DNA of 64,000 nucleotides, from the NCBI GenBank assembly GCA_964016885.1, contig OZ024742.1, positions 175,212,001-175,276,000 on the forward strand, written 5' to 3'. This document shows positions 1-11,000 of the stretch, piece after piece. Position 1 is the stretch's first letter. Each line of letters starts with the position of its first letter. This DNA comes from Eledone cirrhosa. Lineage: Eukaryota. The position numbers and the translations under genes were made by a program. The notes below the pieces were generated by a model, which searched no databases, had not been told where the DNA came from, and was given only the letters and a program-made list of their open reading frames with translations.

Positions 1-260
1 ATCTCCATGATCATATCCATTAGCTCTTGTTCAAATGCATCCAAAAGTGGGTTTGAGGGTGGGTTTTTGTAAGATTTAAATCCAAATTTATCCTTGTTAA
101 GATCCGATGTTTGGTTTATACGGCTTTTGTCAAAATGGAATGTTTTCCATCTGATTCGTCGAATAAAATCATTGGTCCTTCGTATCATACCTAGAATATA
201 TTCCTTTTTTTGCCTGAAAGGTATGTTTTTTAACGACATATCCAATTGGTGCCTTTCCAT
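1..260 (-). mobile_element. N-terminal coding part of a Penelope-like retroelement (runs off window start)
   Basis: Minus-strand frame from ATG at 260 reads MERHQLDMSLKNIPFRQKKEYILGMIRRTNDFIRRIRWKTFHF...DKFGFKSYKNPPSNPLLDAFEQELMDMIME. This matches the 'SLKNIP...IKRMRWK...YGFKS...PP...FE..L' N-terminal signature of Penelope/Poseidon ORFs. Confidence 0.8.
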
Positions 261-790
261 TTTAGAGACGTATGCTGAATTAGTTGCTCAACTCTATAGG
301 ACATTATTAAAATTTCAAGTTATCAATAATGTAGTGATAATATATCGTCACGTTAGAGATGAACAGCGTCTTAATTTTATCAACTCTTCTATTCTTTACC
401 ATTTAATATAAACTGCTATAGATAAACTGAGATTTCTTAATTAAATTCCCTAATGCATATACCAGCAGGCTACCGGCATTGTTGTTATACAGTAGCAGTG
501 AAAACTCCCTCTTCCTTAATTGACACTTTATATCTATTAATACTACTACACCAAACGACCAGCCCTGTCCATTGATCAATTGGTCAATTATAGATTAAAA
601 TAGGCACTCCCAAAAATTCTTATTTAGATAAAATAAGCCATATACTCATTGTATTCTCATTAGAAACTTTCTATATACTTGTTTACCAGTACATTGAATT
701 GCCATCTGTCATATACTACCCCCTCTCTTCTTCCTTTCTTACAACTAATATAAATACTTCAATTTTTCTGATTTTTTCCAATTTATCCAA

Positions 791-910
791 TATCTCTGAA
801 GAAGTGACAACTGATTATACATTTGCTATCGAATACTTGCTAACATTATATGATTACGCAAGCACCGATACATAGGTATTCCGTCTGTTACAGAAACATA
901 TGTCAATACC
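791..910 (+). ncRNA. Degenerate type I hammerhead ribozyme motif (PLE pseudo-LTR type)
   Basis: CTGAAGA (796-802), stem II GTGACA/TGTTAC (804-809/886-891), GAAA (893-896), palindromic CATATG, then TC. Stem I is imperfect (TATCT vs AATA) and there is an A-A mismatch at the base of stem II. Followed by AATAAA and (TA)n. Confidence 0.55.
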
Positions 911-949
911 TAATAAATTTCTTTATAAAAGCACTTTCATTTTATATTC

Positions 950-1007
<58 letters not shown>

Positions 1008-3377
1008 CACATATATATAAAACACGCAGGTAAAAAATATTACATAATATATTAAGATATGCTATGTGTATCTTAGTCTTTTAATAAGTATACAATATCC
1101 CCGTGTGTTGTATAATGTGATTAAAAGAAATGGCATGATGGACATCTGCTTGTAAATTATTGACTCAAAACCTCTTGTCCATTCCATAAGAGTATAGAAA
1201 AGAAGATATATAATGATGATGATATTAAAAATAGGTAATTATAAACATAAATTACACAAAATAAATACATAAATATACACACATATATGAATAAAAACAA
1301 ATAAAGTCAACACCCCCACACACAGGTGTGGAAGTGCCACATAGATTGGATAAAAAGCTTTTCACAATATTAATTCTTAAACGAACCCAAACACAAAGAT
1401 GAGAAGGTGGCACTCGGGTGAGTGGGTGTCATTAAACACCTTACAATACTGATAGTTTACCCCACCCACCCCAAACACACAGGTGAGAAGGTCATAGATT
1501 AGATAAGAACACCTCACAATAGTCAAGTGAGGTGTCACATGGATTGGTAAAGAGAAAAAATTCGAAGAATCTCAAAATATATATATAAACAATACAATTA
1601 GAAAAAACATAAAGAGAAAACTTTTGACACCAATTCCAACATAAGAGTTCTGAGGCCATTTTTTATGTGTAAACATTGAATTTATTTGTAGGATAATGGT
1701 AGAAGCTGTCATTTGTTTGTTCCACATGTCAAAATAGAAGTTTATTGAGAGACAGAATCTGGTGTAAAAATAAATCAAGCTCAGAATTCTAGTCTTCTTT
1801 TATTCTTTCTCTGGTGTTATTCATTGAATTGTGGTCATGTTGGAGCATTGTATTCAAAGGTTTTAACTGAAAATCCTTATTTCTGCCTGGTATTTAATTT
1901 ATCAAGCATGATAAAATGTATCAAGTACACTCTGTAAAGTGGTAGTACTGGGGCCACAACAAAATGAGCACAATACACACTGTAAAGTGATTGGTGATAA
2001 GAAGAGTATTTAGCTGAGAAAATTGTTCAGTTGTGTTAAAGACATGACAACTTCCGTAGTGCTGGTGCCATGATAAATTGCACCTAGCCTAAAATGTATA
2101 GTGCAAAAATATATGTAAGTGAGATGCAGCTCCCAGCACATTTGACATAATTAATGCATGCTGATGATGGTGATGATGATCATTATGATAATGATGAAGA
2201 TGGTGACAATAATGATGATGCTGATTTGTGAAACTGCTTAGTTGCATGACATGCAACACATACACACCCACACACATAGATATATATACACAGACATACA
2301 CATATATATATTTAACAGGTATGTGAATGTATGACTGTTGTCATGAGAACTTGGCTGGTCTTGAGTCAATGTAATATAGAACAAGTTTACTTATACCCAA
2401 TAGTACATGAACAGTCATGGAAGGATCCTCAACAAGATTCTGTTCCATGCCCGCTATTTTTTTTCCACCAAAATAAACACTGCAATACTAAATGTAGATG
2501 GGGTGAAATACTGGAGATTACAGTGTTTGGTAATTGAAATTATGTGGAGATAATATAGGGTATCAGAGGACGCTTCTGTTTGGCCTAACATGTAACAACT
2601 TTAGTGTTGGTAACAAGATAAAATGCAACCATTACATATTGTAATGTGTTGATGCTGGCACCAAAATGAAATACACTCAGTCCATTCTATAAAGTGGTAG
2701 TGTTGCATACAGCTGTAGAATCCAAATATTGAAAGTAATGAGCAAGATTGATCACCCTGGCATGTCTGGTCCCAGACTGTAACAACCCATTCAACCATGC
2801 TAGTATGAAAATCGATCAGAAAATAATGGTGAATATTATGATTAGCTGATGAAAGTGATGTTTGGAGGTAATGACAGAGAAAACAAATACATCTGTTTGT
2901 CTCAAATAAAGTTATTTCGTGTCGTCAATAATTGATTTGAAAACTAGATTTCAAATCTTCAAAGAATTCATGGAAATCACATTTTCAGCAAAAGATTTTC
3001 ATAACAAGTTGATGAGAGAAGTTGTTTTAGAAACTTTAGCAAAAGTTGTGAATTACAGAAATTTATTGATTGAACAATTAAAAGCATGAGATTGTGGCAG
3101 TACATGTAGAAATGGGGTAGAACATATAAATCTGAAAGAAAGAGATAGATAAGCTGATAATAGGAGTGAGGAAATTAGTGAGAGTAAGCAATGCAGTTTG
3201 ATTGGTCTAACTTGTTCGCCAAAATGGACTGTACATTGTAATTTAAATACATACATATATATGCATACACATATGTATGTACATATATACATTCATACAT
3301 ACAGTATCATCAAATCTTACCATATTCTGTCTTGTTTTTGTTTTTTATGTTACTTTTCTAACTATATATATATATAT

Positions 3378-3806
3378 AAATGAAAGGTATAGAAATTGTT
3401 TTAGCGAGAAGCTAACAGTATTCTATAATATATATACGACTATGTCGTCAAGATGGGAAAACTAGTTAATTTAAGATGTAGGAAAAATAATTCAAACTCA
3501 TCTCAAAAGAGAATCAGGATACAAATTCATCCACAGAATTTAGTGAAATCCAGGGAAAAATCAATAGAGTCTTAACTCATGATAAAATAAAGTTCAAAAT
3601 ACTTATCCTTCAATTTGGAAAAACATCAAATGCTCTGTATAGTCTTAATGACTATTTCATGAAAACTTTCAGTGGAGATGGTCACGGTTGGATTTCAGTC
3701 GTCAGCAGAGCTCAACCAGATAACCAGGACTCCCACATATATATATATAAATGAAAGGTATAGAAAATATTGTTGCAAAAAGCCAACAGTATTCCATAAT
3801 ATATAT
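3378..3806 (-). mobile_element. Short non-coding hammerhead-bearing element (retrozyme / PLE pseudo-LTR-like) with partial tandem copy
   Basis: About 360 bp between (TA)n tracts, containing a complete hammerhead. Its terminal ~58 bp (3378-3436) recur imperfectly at 3749-3806. No ORF. Confidence 0.65.
3632..3711 (-). ncRNA. Type I hammerhead ribozyme
   Basis: Minus strand reads GCTCTG-CTGACGA-cTGAAA...TTTCAt-GAAA-TAGTC-attaa-GACTA-TA-CAGAGC. Perfect 6-bp stem I, intact core, 5-bp stem II with one basal C-U mismatch, 5-bp stem III, UA cleavage site. Confidence 0.85.
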
Positions 3807-3821
3807 ATATATATAATATAG

Positions 3822-4144
3822 CATCATCATCATCATCATTTTACGTCCGCTTTTCCCTGCTTGCAAGGGTGGGACGGGAACTGATACTGGCTTGATTTCT
3901 ACAGCCTAACACCAACTTCATTTACAGTGAGTGCTGGGTGCTTTTTTGCCGTGGCACCTCCACGACCACTTTGCAGTGGAATGATAGGGACCCCAGTCCC
4001 TATCATCTCATTTCTACAGCTGAGTAAACTGGAGCAATTTGAAATTAAGTCTCGTGCTCAAGGAAACAACACATCATCCGAGAATTGAACTCACAACCTT
4101 TCGATTGCAAGGCTAATGCTCTAACCACTAAGCCATATGCCTCC
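3822..4144 (-). mobile_element. tRNA-derived SINE family A with RTE-type 3' tail (full length)
   Basis: Minus-strand head with A-box-like TGGCTTAGTGGTTAG and B-box-like GAGTTCAATTC. Central CCTTGAGCA...TTGCTCCAGTTTACTCAGCTGTA block. 3' end ...GGACGTAAAA(TGA)n is shared with the RTE LINEs here. Confidence 0.85.
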
Positions 4145-4157
4145 AATTATATATAAA

Positions 4158-4192
<35 letters not shown>

Positions 4193-4208
4193 TTATATAT
4201 ATATATAT

Positions 4209-4239
<31 letters not shown>

Positions 4240-4658
4240 GTATATATATAAATATATATCATCATCATCATCATCATCATCAACGTTTAACGTCCGTGTT
4301 CCACGCTTGCATGGGTTTGGACGGGGGTAGTCCCACTTGAGGCAAGAGTGATTGTCTTGCTCGCATAGGACTGTCTGGCAGGTTTTCTACAGTTGGATGC
4401 CCTTCCTAACACCAACCACATTTACAGTGTGGGTCTGGGAGGTTTTTACCGTGTTGCCTACACGGCCACATTACAGCGTGGACTGTGTGTTTTTTGTCGT
4501 GACACCTACACGATCTCATTTGTTTCGGCCTCGATGGCGCGGCACCAACATAACTTTACATAGAACGGGGTGGTGTGGATCGGGTGGGGGTGGTGGTGGT
4601 GTGACGGGGTGTATTTTGTTAGAGATGCCTACTGGCTGGAGTAGGTTTTACTATATAT

Positions 4659-7600
4659 TTAGGTAAGGCGGGTCTTCTCTGTTACTGAGTACCGCCAAAG
4701 GTCTCGGTCCAGTGACATTGTCTTGGAGAGGTGTAAGTGTGTGATGTCGGAGTTTATCAGCTCGTCCCAGGTTTTTCTAGGTCTGCCTATTCCGTGACTA
4801 CCGTCTATCTTTATTGCCCTGCACTTTGTTATACAGCTATCGACTTTCATGCGCATCACGTGTCCATACCAACGTAGCCTTCTCTCGAGTAAACAACATC
4901 TGATCACTCTTATCTCTAATTTTTTCCTTAGTTCGTTTATGCTTTGCCGTTCACGTATATTACTGTTACACATCCAGCGGAGCATGCAAGCTTCGTTCCT
5001 CTCTAGTCTGCGTATATCCTCTGCACACAATGCCCAGGTCTCACTGCCATGCAGCATTGCTGTTCGTATGCAGGCATCGTACAACCTGCCTTTCATTTTT
5101 AGTGAGAACCCTTTAGCAGCTAATAGTGGTATAAGCTCTCTGAACTTTTTCCAACCAGTTCTGACTCTAGCTACAGTACTTTCAGAGCACCCTCCCCCAC
5201 TGCTGATTTTATCGCCCAGGTAACGGAAGCTGTCCACTATTTCTATAGAACCCTCTGCGCAATTGAAAGAGCTAGTAGTTTGTGGGCACTTGCTGCTACT
5301 TATTGCACCAGAGCACCGGCCACATGTAAAATCTATGTTCTTAGTTAGCTTACCTGTGATCCCACTACATCTTTTATGCACCCATACTTTGCATTTAGGA
5401 CATAAAATGGAGTTTCTACCTACGCCTTTCCTACACACCGAGCACGACCATTTCCCAGAAGGGACCGCCGCCTTGTTTTCTTTCCTACAAACTAGTACTT
5501 TGGTCTTAGCCAGGTTAATTTTAAGTCCTTTTGACTCTAGGCCGTGCTTCCATGTTTGGAATTTCTTCTCTAGCTCGGCCATTGATTCCGCTATGAGTGT
5601 CAGGTCGTCTGCGTATAGGAGTTCCCATGGGCAGCCTGTCTTGAACTCCTCTGTTATAGCCTGAAGGGCAATAATAAATAGTAGTGGACTGAGAACAGAG
5701 CCCTGATGGACGCCAACTTTTACGCTAAACTCTTCACTATATTCGTTGTTAATTCTAACCTTGCTGACTGTTTCTTTATACATGGCTTGTATAGCCCTCA
5801 CAAGCCATTCGTCAACGCCTAGTTTTCTAAGAGCCCACCAGATAATGGAGCGGGGGACTCTGTCGAAGGCTTTCTCCAAGTCGACAAAAGCTAAGTAGAG
5901 GGGTTTACCTTTAGCTAGGTACTTCTCCTGTAGTTGTCGTACTATGAAAAGAGCGTCTGTGGTACTTTTGCCTGACACAAACCCGAACTGCATTTCATCT
6001 AGGTCAATTCTCTCTCTGATTAGTTGCGCTATTACTCTTTCCGTGACCTTCATGACCTGGTCGATTAATTTAATGCCTCTATAGTTACTCCTATCTAGGG
6101 CGTCTCCTTTACCCTTATAACAGTTAACGATGATGCTGCTATGCCAGTCCTTCGGAACAACCCCATTCTGTACGACTTGGTTAACTATGCGGGTGACCAT
6201 GGTGTGTCCCACCGTGCCAGATGCCTTCAGCATCTCAGCAACTATTTCCGAAGGCCCAGCCGCCTTACCAGTCTTCATATCCTTGATTGCCTTACTTATT
6301 ATACTCCCCTCGACTAACACTGCTGGTCCCTCTATTGGGTCGATATGGGGGAGACTGCCTTTCTCCCAATTATTCTCCTCATTTAGAAGCCTTTCATAGT
6401 GACACTTCCAAGCTACCTTCTTATCAGCGTCGGTGATGGCAAGTGTGCCATCGTCGTTTAGTACACACTTCTCCCCGACAATATCACGGTTTTCCTTGAC
6501 GCATTGCCTAGCAATCCTGAACACCTCACGTTTTTGGTCATCGCGTTGTAGAACATGCTTGAACTTTCTTTCCTCAGCTTCCCTTCTTGCTAAGTACACT
6601 TGTCTCCTAGCTTCCCTCCTGGCCACTTGATAGTCCTCTCTACTTCCCCCATCCCGCCATACTTTCCAAGCCTGCTTTTTGGCCTTAATTGACCCCTCCA
6701 CCTTACTGTTCCACCACCATGTTACTCTCCTCCTGCCTACAGGCCTGCTCCAGCCACAGACCTCGTCTGTCGCCAACAGCAGGTTTGCTTTCAGAAATTC
6801 CCACTCTCCCTCTATATTGTCCGACTCTAAATGTTCTTCCTTACTGTCGAAAGCATCAAGTAATATGCTTTGAAATTTATTCCTGGCTGTGGGGTCCTTT
6901 AGCTTCCATATTTTCCTCCTGAGGATAGTCCTCTTCTGTTGTCGAGTACGTCTCGTCCTGACTATGAGGTCGCTAATTATCAGTCTATGTTGGGAGGTGC
7001 ATTCTTCATGGGGGAGGGATTTAGTGTTAACAACAGACACTCTGTCACGTCTTCTGGTAAGGATATAATCTACCTGGCTTGTGTGTTCCCCGGATCTATA
7101 GGTGATCAGGTGATTGTCACGTTTTTTGAAGTTAGTGTTACAGATAGTTAGGTTATTTGCATCACAGAATTCCAGGATTCTGGCGCCTTCCTCATTTCTA
7201 GTACCAAACCCATAGCCTCCATGGATTTCGTCGTAGCCGTCACAATGTTGTCCAACGTGACCATTTAGGTCGCCTGCGATAATTATATAGTCACTGTCGG
7301 ATATTTGGGAGGTAGTTAGCATCAGTGTCTCATAGAATCTGTCTTTTATAGTGCCGGGCAGTCCGGATTGGGGTGCGTACGCAGATATTACTGTCACCGT
7401 AGTTCTATTGAGGACAAGTCGTATTTTAATTATTCTGTCGTTCACTCTATTTACGTCTATTATCTTATCTGCCCACTTTTCTGCTACCATGATTCCTACT
7501 CCACCCAGCCCATCGTCGTTTCCCACCCAGAAAAGCTTATAACATCGTTTTTTACCCTCAATGAACCTAGCAGACCCACCCCTCCACCTGGTCTCTTGAA

Positions 7601-8099
7601 TACAACAAACATCGACCTCCTTACGTTCAAGCATTTCTACAACCTCGTTAGCGCGACCCTTTAGGGTGCCTACATTTATGGTACCAACTCTGAAGTTTTG
7701 GATTGCGTTTGGGGGTTGGGGGCGGTGAGGGGCGGGGGGCGATGGGGTTATGTTAGCCGTCCGCGGTCGAAACAATGAGGAGTGCTCGCATTCTCGTCCA
7801 AGGGGTGAATTTGTCTTTATCTTTGGCATTGTCGCTGAGCGTCCAGATTTTTCTCTCTCACCTCCACTCTCCAGGATTCCGCAGTCCATCCATCCATCAT
7901 ATATCGTATATCGAAAGGCAACCAGGCAAGCGATAGTATAGGCCTCTGGTTTCTGATTGGTCCGCGTAATAATACTGGTGATGCGTGGGGGCTCTGTTTT
8001 ATGATTGGTCCACGTAATAGCAATGGTGGTGTGTGGGGGTGGGAGGGAGGGGTGTTGGGTAGCTAGCAAGAAGGTAATGATTGAGTGGGGTCCATGCAT
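4659..8099 (-). CDS. RTE retrotransposon polyprotein: APE endonuclease + reverse transcriptase + PHD finger
   Basis: APE motifs GTINVGTL, CIQETRW, AGDLNGHVG, VDYIL, SQHRLI. RT motifs NYRGIKL, QFGF, FVDLEKAFDRV, GVHQGSVLSPLLF, LYADDL, FRYLG. RTE C-terminus RRLRWYGHVMRM...GRPRKTW. True start could be the downstream ATG at 7829 (MPKIKT). Confidence 0.96.
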   Translation of the reverse strand: MHGPHSIITFLLATQHPSLPPPHTTIAITWTNHKTEPPRITSIITRTNQKPEAYTIACLVAFRYTIYDGWMDCGILESGGEREKSGRSATMPKIKTNSPLGRECEHSSLFRPRTANITPSPPAPHRPQPPNAIQNFRVGTINVGTLKGRANEVVEMLERKEVDVCCIQETRWRGGSARFIEGKKRCYKLFWVGNDDGLGGVGIMVAEKWADKIIDVNRVNDRIIKIRLVLNRTTVTVISAYAPQSGLPGTIKDRFYETLMLTTSQISDSDYIIIAGDLNGHVGQHCDGYDEIHGGYGFGTRNEEGARILEFCDANNLTICNTNFKKRDNHLITYRSGEHTSQVDYILTRRRDRVSVVNTKSLPHEECTSQHRLIISDLIVRTRRTRQQKRTILRRKIWKLKDPTARNKFQSILLDAFDSKEEHLESDNIEGEWEFLKANLLLATDEVCGWSRPVGRRRVTWWWNSKVEGSIKAKKQAWKVWRDGGSREDYQVARREARRQVYLARREAEERKFKHVLQRDDQKREVFRIARQCVKENRDIVGEKCVLNDDGTLAITDADKKVAWKCHYERLLNEENNWEKGSLPHIDPIEGPAVLVEGSIISKAIKDMKTGKAAGPSEIVAEMLKASGTVGHTMVTRIVNQVVQNGVVPKDWHSSIIVNCYKGKGDALDRSNYRGIKLIDQVMKVTERVIAQLIRERIDLDEMQFGFVSGKSTTDALFIVRQLQEKYLAKGKPLYLAFVDLEKAFDRVPRSIIWWALRKLGVDEWLVRAIQAMYKETVSKVRINNEYSEEFSVKVGVHQGSVLSPLLFIIALQAITEEFKTGCPWELLYADDLTLIAESMAELEKKFQTWKHGLESKGLKINLAKTKVLVCRKENKAAVPSGKWSCSVCRKGVGRNSILCPKCKVWVHKRCSGITGKLTKNIDFTCGRCSGAISSSKCPQTTSSFNCAEGSIEIVDSFRYLGDKISSGGGCSESTVARVRTGWKKFRELIPLLAAKGFSLKMKGRLYDACIRTAMLHGSETWALCAEDIRRLERNEACMLRWMCNSNIRERQSINELRKKLEIRVIRCCLLERRLRWYGHVMRMKVDSCITKCRAIKIDGSHGIGRPRKTWDELINSDITHLHLSKTMSLDRDLWRYSVTEKTRLT
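7945..8040 (-). promoter_or_regulatory. Two ~50-bp imperfect tandem repeats, each with a CCAAT box (candidate internal promoter)
   Basis: TGATTGGTCCGCGTAATAAT...GGTGATGCGTGGGG and TGATTGGTCCACGTAATAGC...GGTGGTGTGTGGGG, both reading ACCAATCA on the minus strand. Function inferred. Confidence 0.4.
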
Positions 8100-11000
8100 T
8101 TAACAAGCGATTAACAAAAATACAAAATTTGTTCTGTTAAATACGTCCAAAAACCTACGTATTTAGCAATTAATAGAAACAGAAAATGTAGTTTGTTTTA
8201 GCGATAGATTGGCTATTTGGACTTGATACGAAATATGGATTGTTTTGAAAATACGCTAGGAGAGAGAGAGAGAGAGATGAAGTCTGTACATTACGTTTAC
8301 ATGAATATCGTGGGACAGCAAGCAATGAAATGAAATTTGGCGAAGTGAATTCCTATCATATATTTATAGGGAGAGAGAGAGAGAGTGAGAGAGAGCGAGG
8401 GGAGGGGGCCACATGATGGCTGTGGGTGTTAGGCGTTTGACCGCCCCGTGCCTTCGAAGAAGGAAGAAGGAAAGGATTTTGCTTTTTTTTGTTTTGAAGA
8501 TACGCTAGAATTAGGGATTGGGGTTTGAAAATACGTTAGGAATTAAGGTTTGAAAATAGCTAGCAAGAAGGTAATGATTGAGTGGGGTCCATGCATTTAA
8601 CAAGCGATTAACAAAAATACAAAATTTGTTCTGTTAAATACGTCCAAAAACCTACGTATTTAGCAATTAATAGAAACAGAAAATGTAGTTTGTTTTAGCG
8701 ATAGATTGGCTATTTGGACTTGATACGAAATATGGATTGTTTTGAAAATACGCTAGGAGAGAGAGAGAGAGAGATGAAGTCTGTACATTACGTTTACATG
8801 AATATCGTGGGACAGCAAGCAATGAAATGAAATTTGGCGAAGTGAATTCCTATCATATATTTATAGGGAGAGAGAGAGAGAGTGAGAGAGAGCGAGGGGA
8901 GGGGGCCACATGATGGCTGTGGGTGTTAGGCGTTTGACCGCCCCGTGCCTTCGAAGAAGGAAGAAGGAAAGGATTTTGCTTTTTTTTGTTTTGAAGATAC
9001 GCTAGAATTAGGGATTGGGGTTTGAAAATACGTTAGGAATTAAGGTTTGAAAATAGCTAGCAAGAAGGTAATGATTGAGTGGGGTCCATGCATTTAACAA
9101 GCGATTAACAAAAATACAAAATTTGTTCTGTTAAATACGTCCAAAAACCTACGTATTTAGCAATTAATAGAAACAGAAAATGTAGTTTGTTTTAGCGATA
9201 GATTGGCTATTTGGACTTGATACGAAATATGGATTGTTTTGAAAATACGCTAGGAGAGAGAGAGAGAGAGATGAAGTCTGTACATTACGTTTACATGAAT
9301 ATCGTGGGACAGCAAGCAATGAAATGAAATTTGGCGAAGTGAATTCCTATCATATATTTATAGGGAGAGAGAGAGAGAGTGAGAGAGAGCGAGGGGAGGG
9401 GGCCACATGATGGCTGTGGGTGTTAGGCGTTTGACCGCCCCGTGCCTTCGAAGAAGGAAGAAGGAAAGGATTTTGCTTTTTTTTGTTTTGAAGATACGCT
9501 AGAATTAGGGATTGGGGTTTGAAAATACGTTAGGAATTAAGGTTTGAAAATAGCTAGCAAGAAGGTAATGATTGAGTGGGGTCCATGCATTTAACAAGCG
9601 ATTAACAAAAATACAAAATTTGTTCTGTTAAATACGTCCAAAAACCTACGTATTTAGCAATTAATAGAAACAGAAAATGTAGTTTGTTTTAGCGATAGAT
9701 TGGCTATTTGGACTTGATACGAAATATGGATTGTTTTGAAAATACGCTAGGAGAGAGAGAGAGAGAGATGAAGTCTGTACATTACGTTTACATGAATATC
9801 GTGGGACAGCAAGCAATGAAATGAAATTTGGCGAAGTGAATTCCTATCATATATTTATAGGGAGAGAGAGAGAGAGTGAGAGAGAGCGAGGGGAGGGGGC
9901 CACATGATGGCTGTGGGTGTTAGGCGTTTGACCGCCCCGTGCCTTCGAAGAAGGAAGAAGGAAAGGATTTTGCTTTTTTTTTGTTTTGAAGATACGCTAG
10001 AATTAGGGATTGGGGTTTGAAAATACGTTAGGAATTAAGGTTTGAAAATAGCTAGCAAGAAGGTAATGATTGAGTGGGGTCCATGCATTTAACAAGCGAT
10101 TAACAAAAATACAAAATTTGTTCTGTTAAATACGTCCAAAAACCTACGTATTTAGCAATTAATAGAAACAGAAAATGTAGTTTGTTTTAGCGATAGATTG
10201 GCTATTTGGACTTGATACGAAATATGGATTGTTTTGAAAATACGCTAGGAGAGAGAGAGAGAGAGAGAGATGAAGTCTGTACATTACGTTTACATGAATA
10301 TCGTGGGACAGCAAGCAATGAAATGAAATTTGGCGAAGTGAATTCCTATCATATATTTATAGGGAGAGAGAGAGAGAGTGAGAGAGAGCGAGGGGAGGGG
10401 GCCACATGATGGCTGTGGGTGTTAGGCGTTTGACCGCCCCGTGCCTTCGAAGAAGGAAGAAGGAAAGGATTTTGCTTTTTTTTGTTTTGAAGATACGCTA
10501 GAATTAGGGATTGGGGTTTGAAAATACGTTAGGAATTAAGGTTTGAAAATAGCTAGCAAGAAGGTAATGATTGAGTGGGGTCCATGCATTTAACAAGCGA
10601 TTAACAAAAATACAAAATTTGTTCTGTTAAATACGTCCAAAAACCTACGTATTTAGCAATTAATAGAAACAGAAAATGTAGTTTGTTTTAGCGATAGATT
10701 GGCTATTTGGACTTGATACGAAATATGGATTGTTTTGAAAATACGCTAGGAGAGAGAGAGAGAGAGATGAAGTCTGTACATTACGTTTACATGAATATCG
10801 TGGGACAGCAAGCAATGAAATGAAATTTGGCGAAGTGAATTCCTATCATATATTTATAGGGAGAGAGAGAGAGAGTGAGAGAGAGCGAGGGGAGGGGGCC
10901 ACATGATGGCTGTGGGTGTTAGGCGTTTGACCGCCCCGTGCCTTCGAAGAAGGAAGAAGGAAAGGATTTTGCTTTTTTTTGTTTTGAAGATACGCTAGAA

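Noticed and set aside
4075-4144. tRNA gene
   Set aside because: A/B boxes present but it continues into the SINE body without a full acceptor stem; it is a SINE head.
4849-7941. Plus-strand ORFs overlapping the RTE (likewise 62068-63867)
   Set aside because: Antisense shadows of the RT frame with no recognisable motifs.
8060-8556. Hammerhead or HDV ribozyme inside the monomer
   Set aside because: No CTGAnGA core seen on either strand. GGGGGCCACA...GGCG-TTTGAC-CGCC resembles an HDV start but no P1 partner or P2 could be built.
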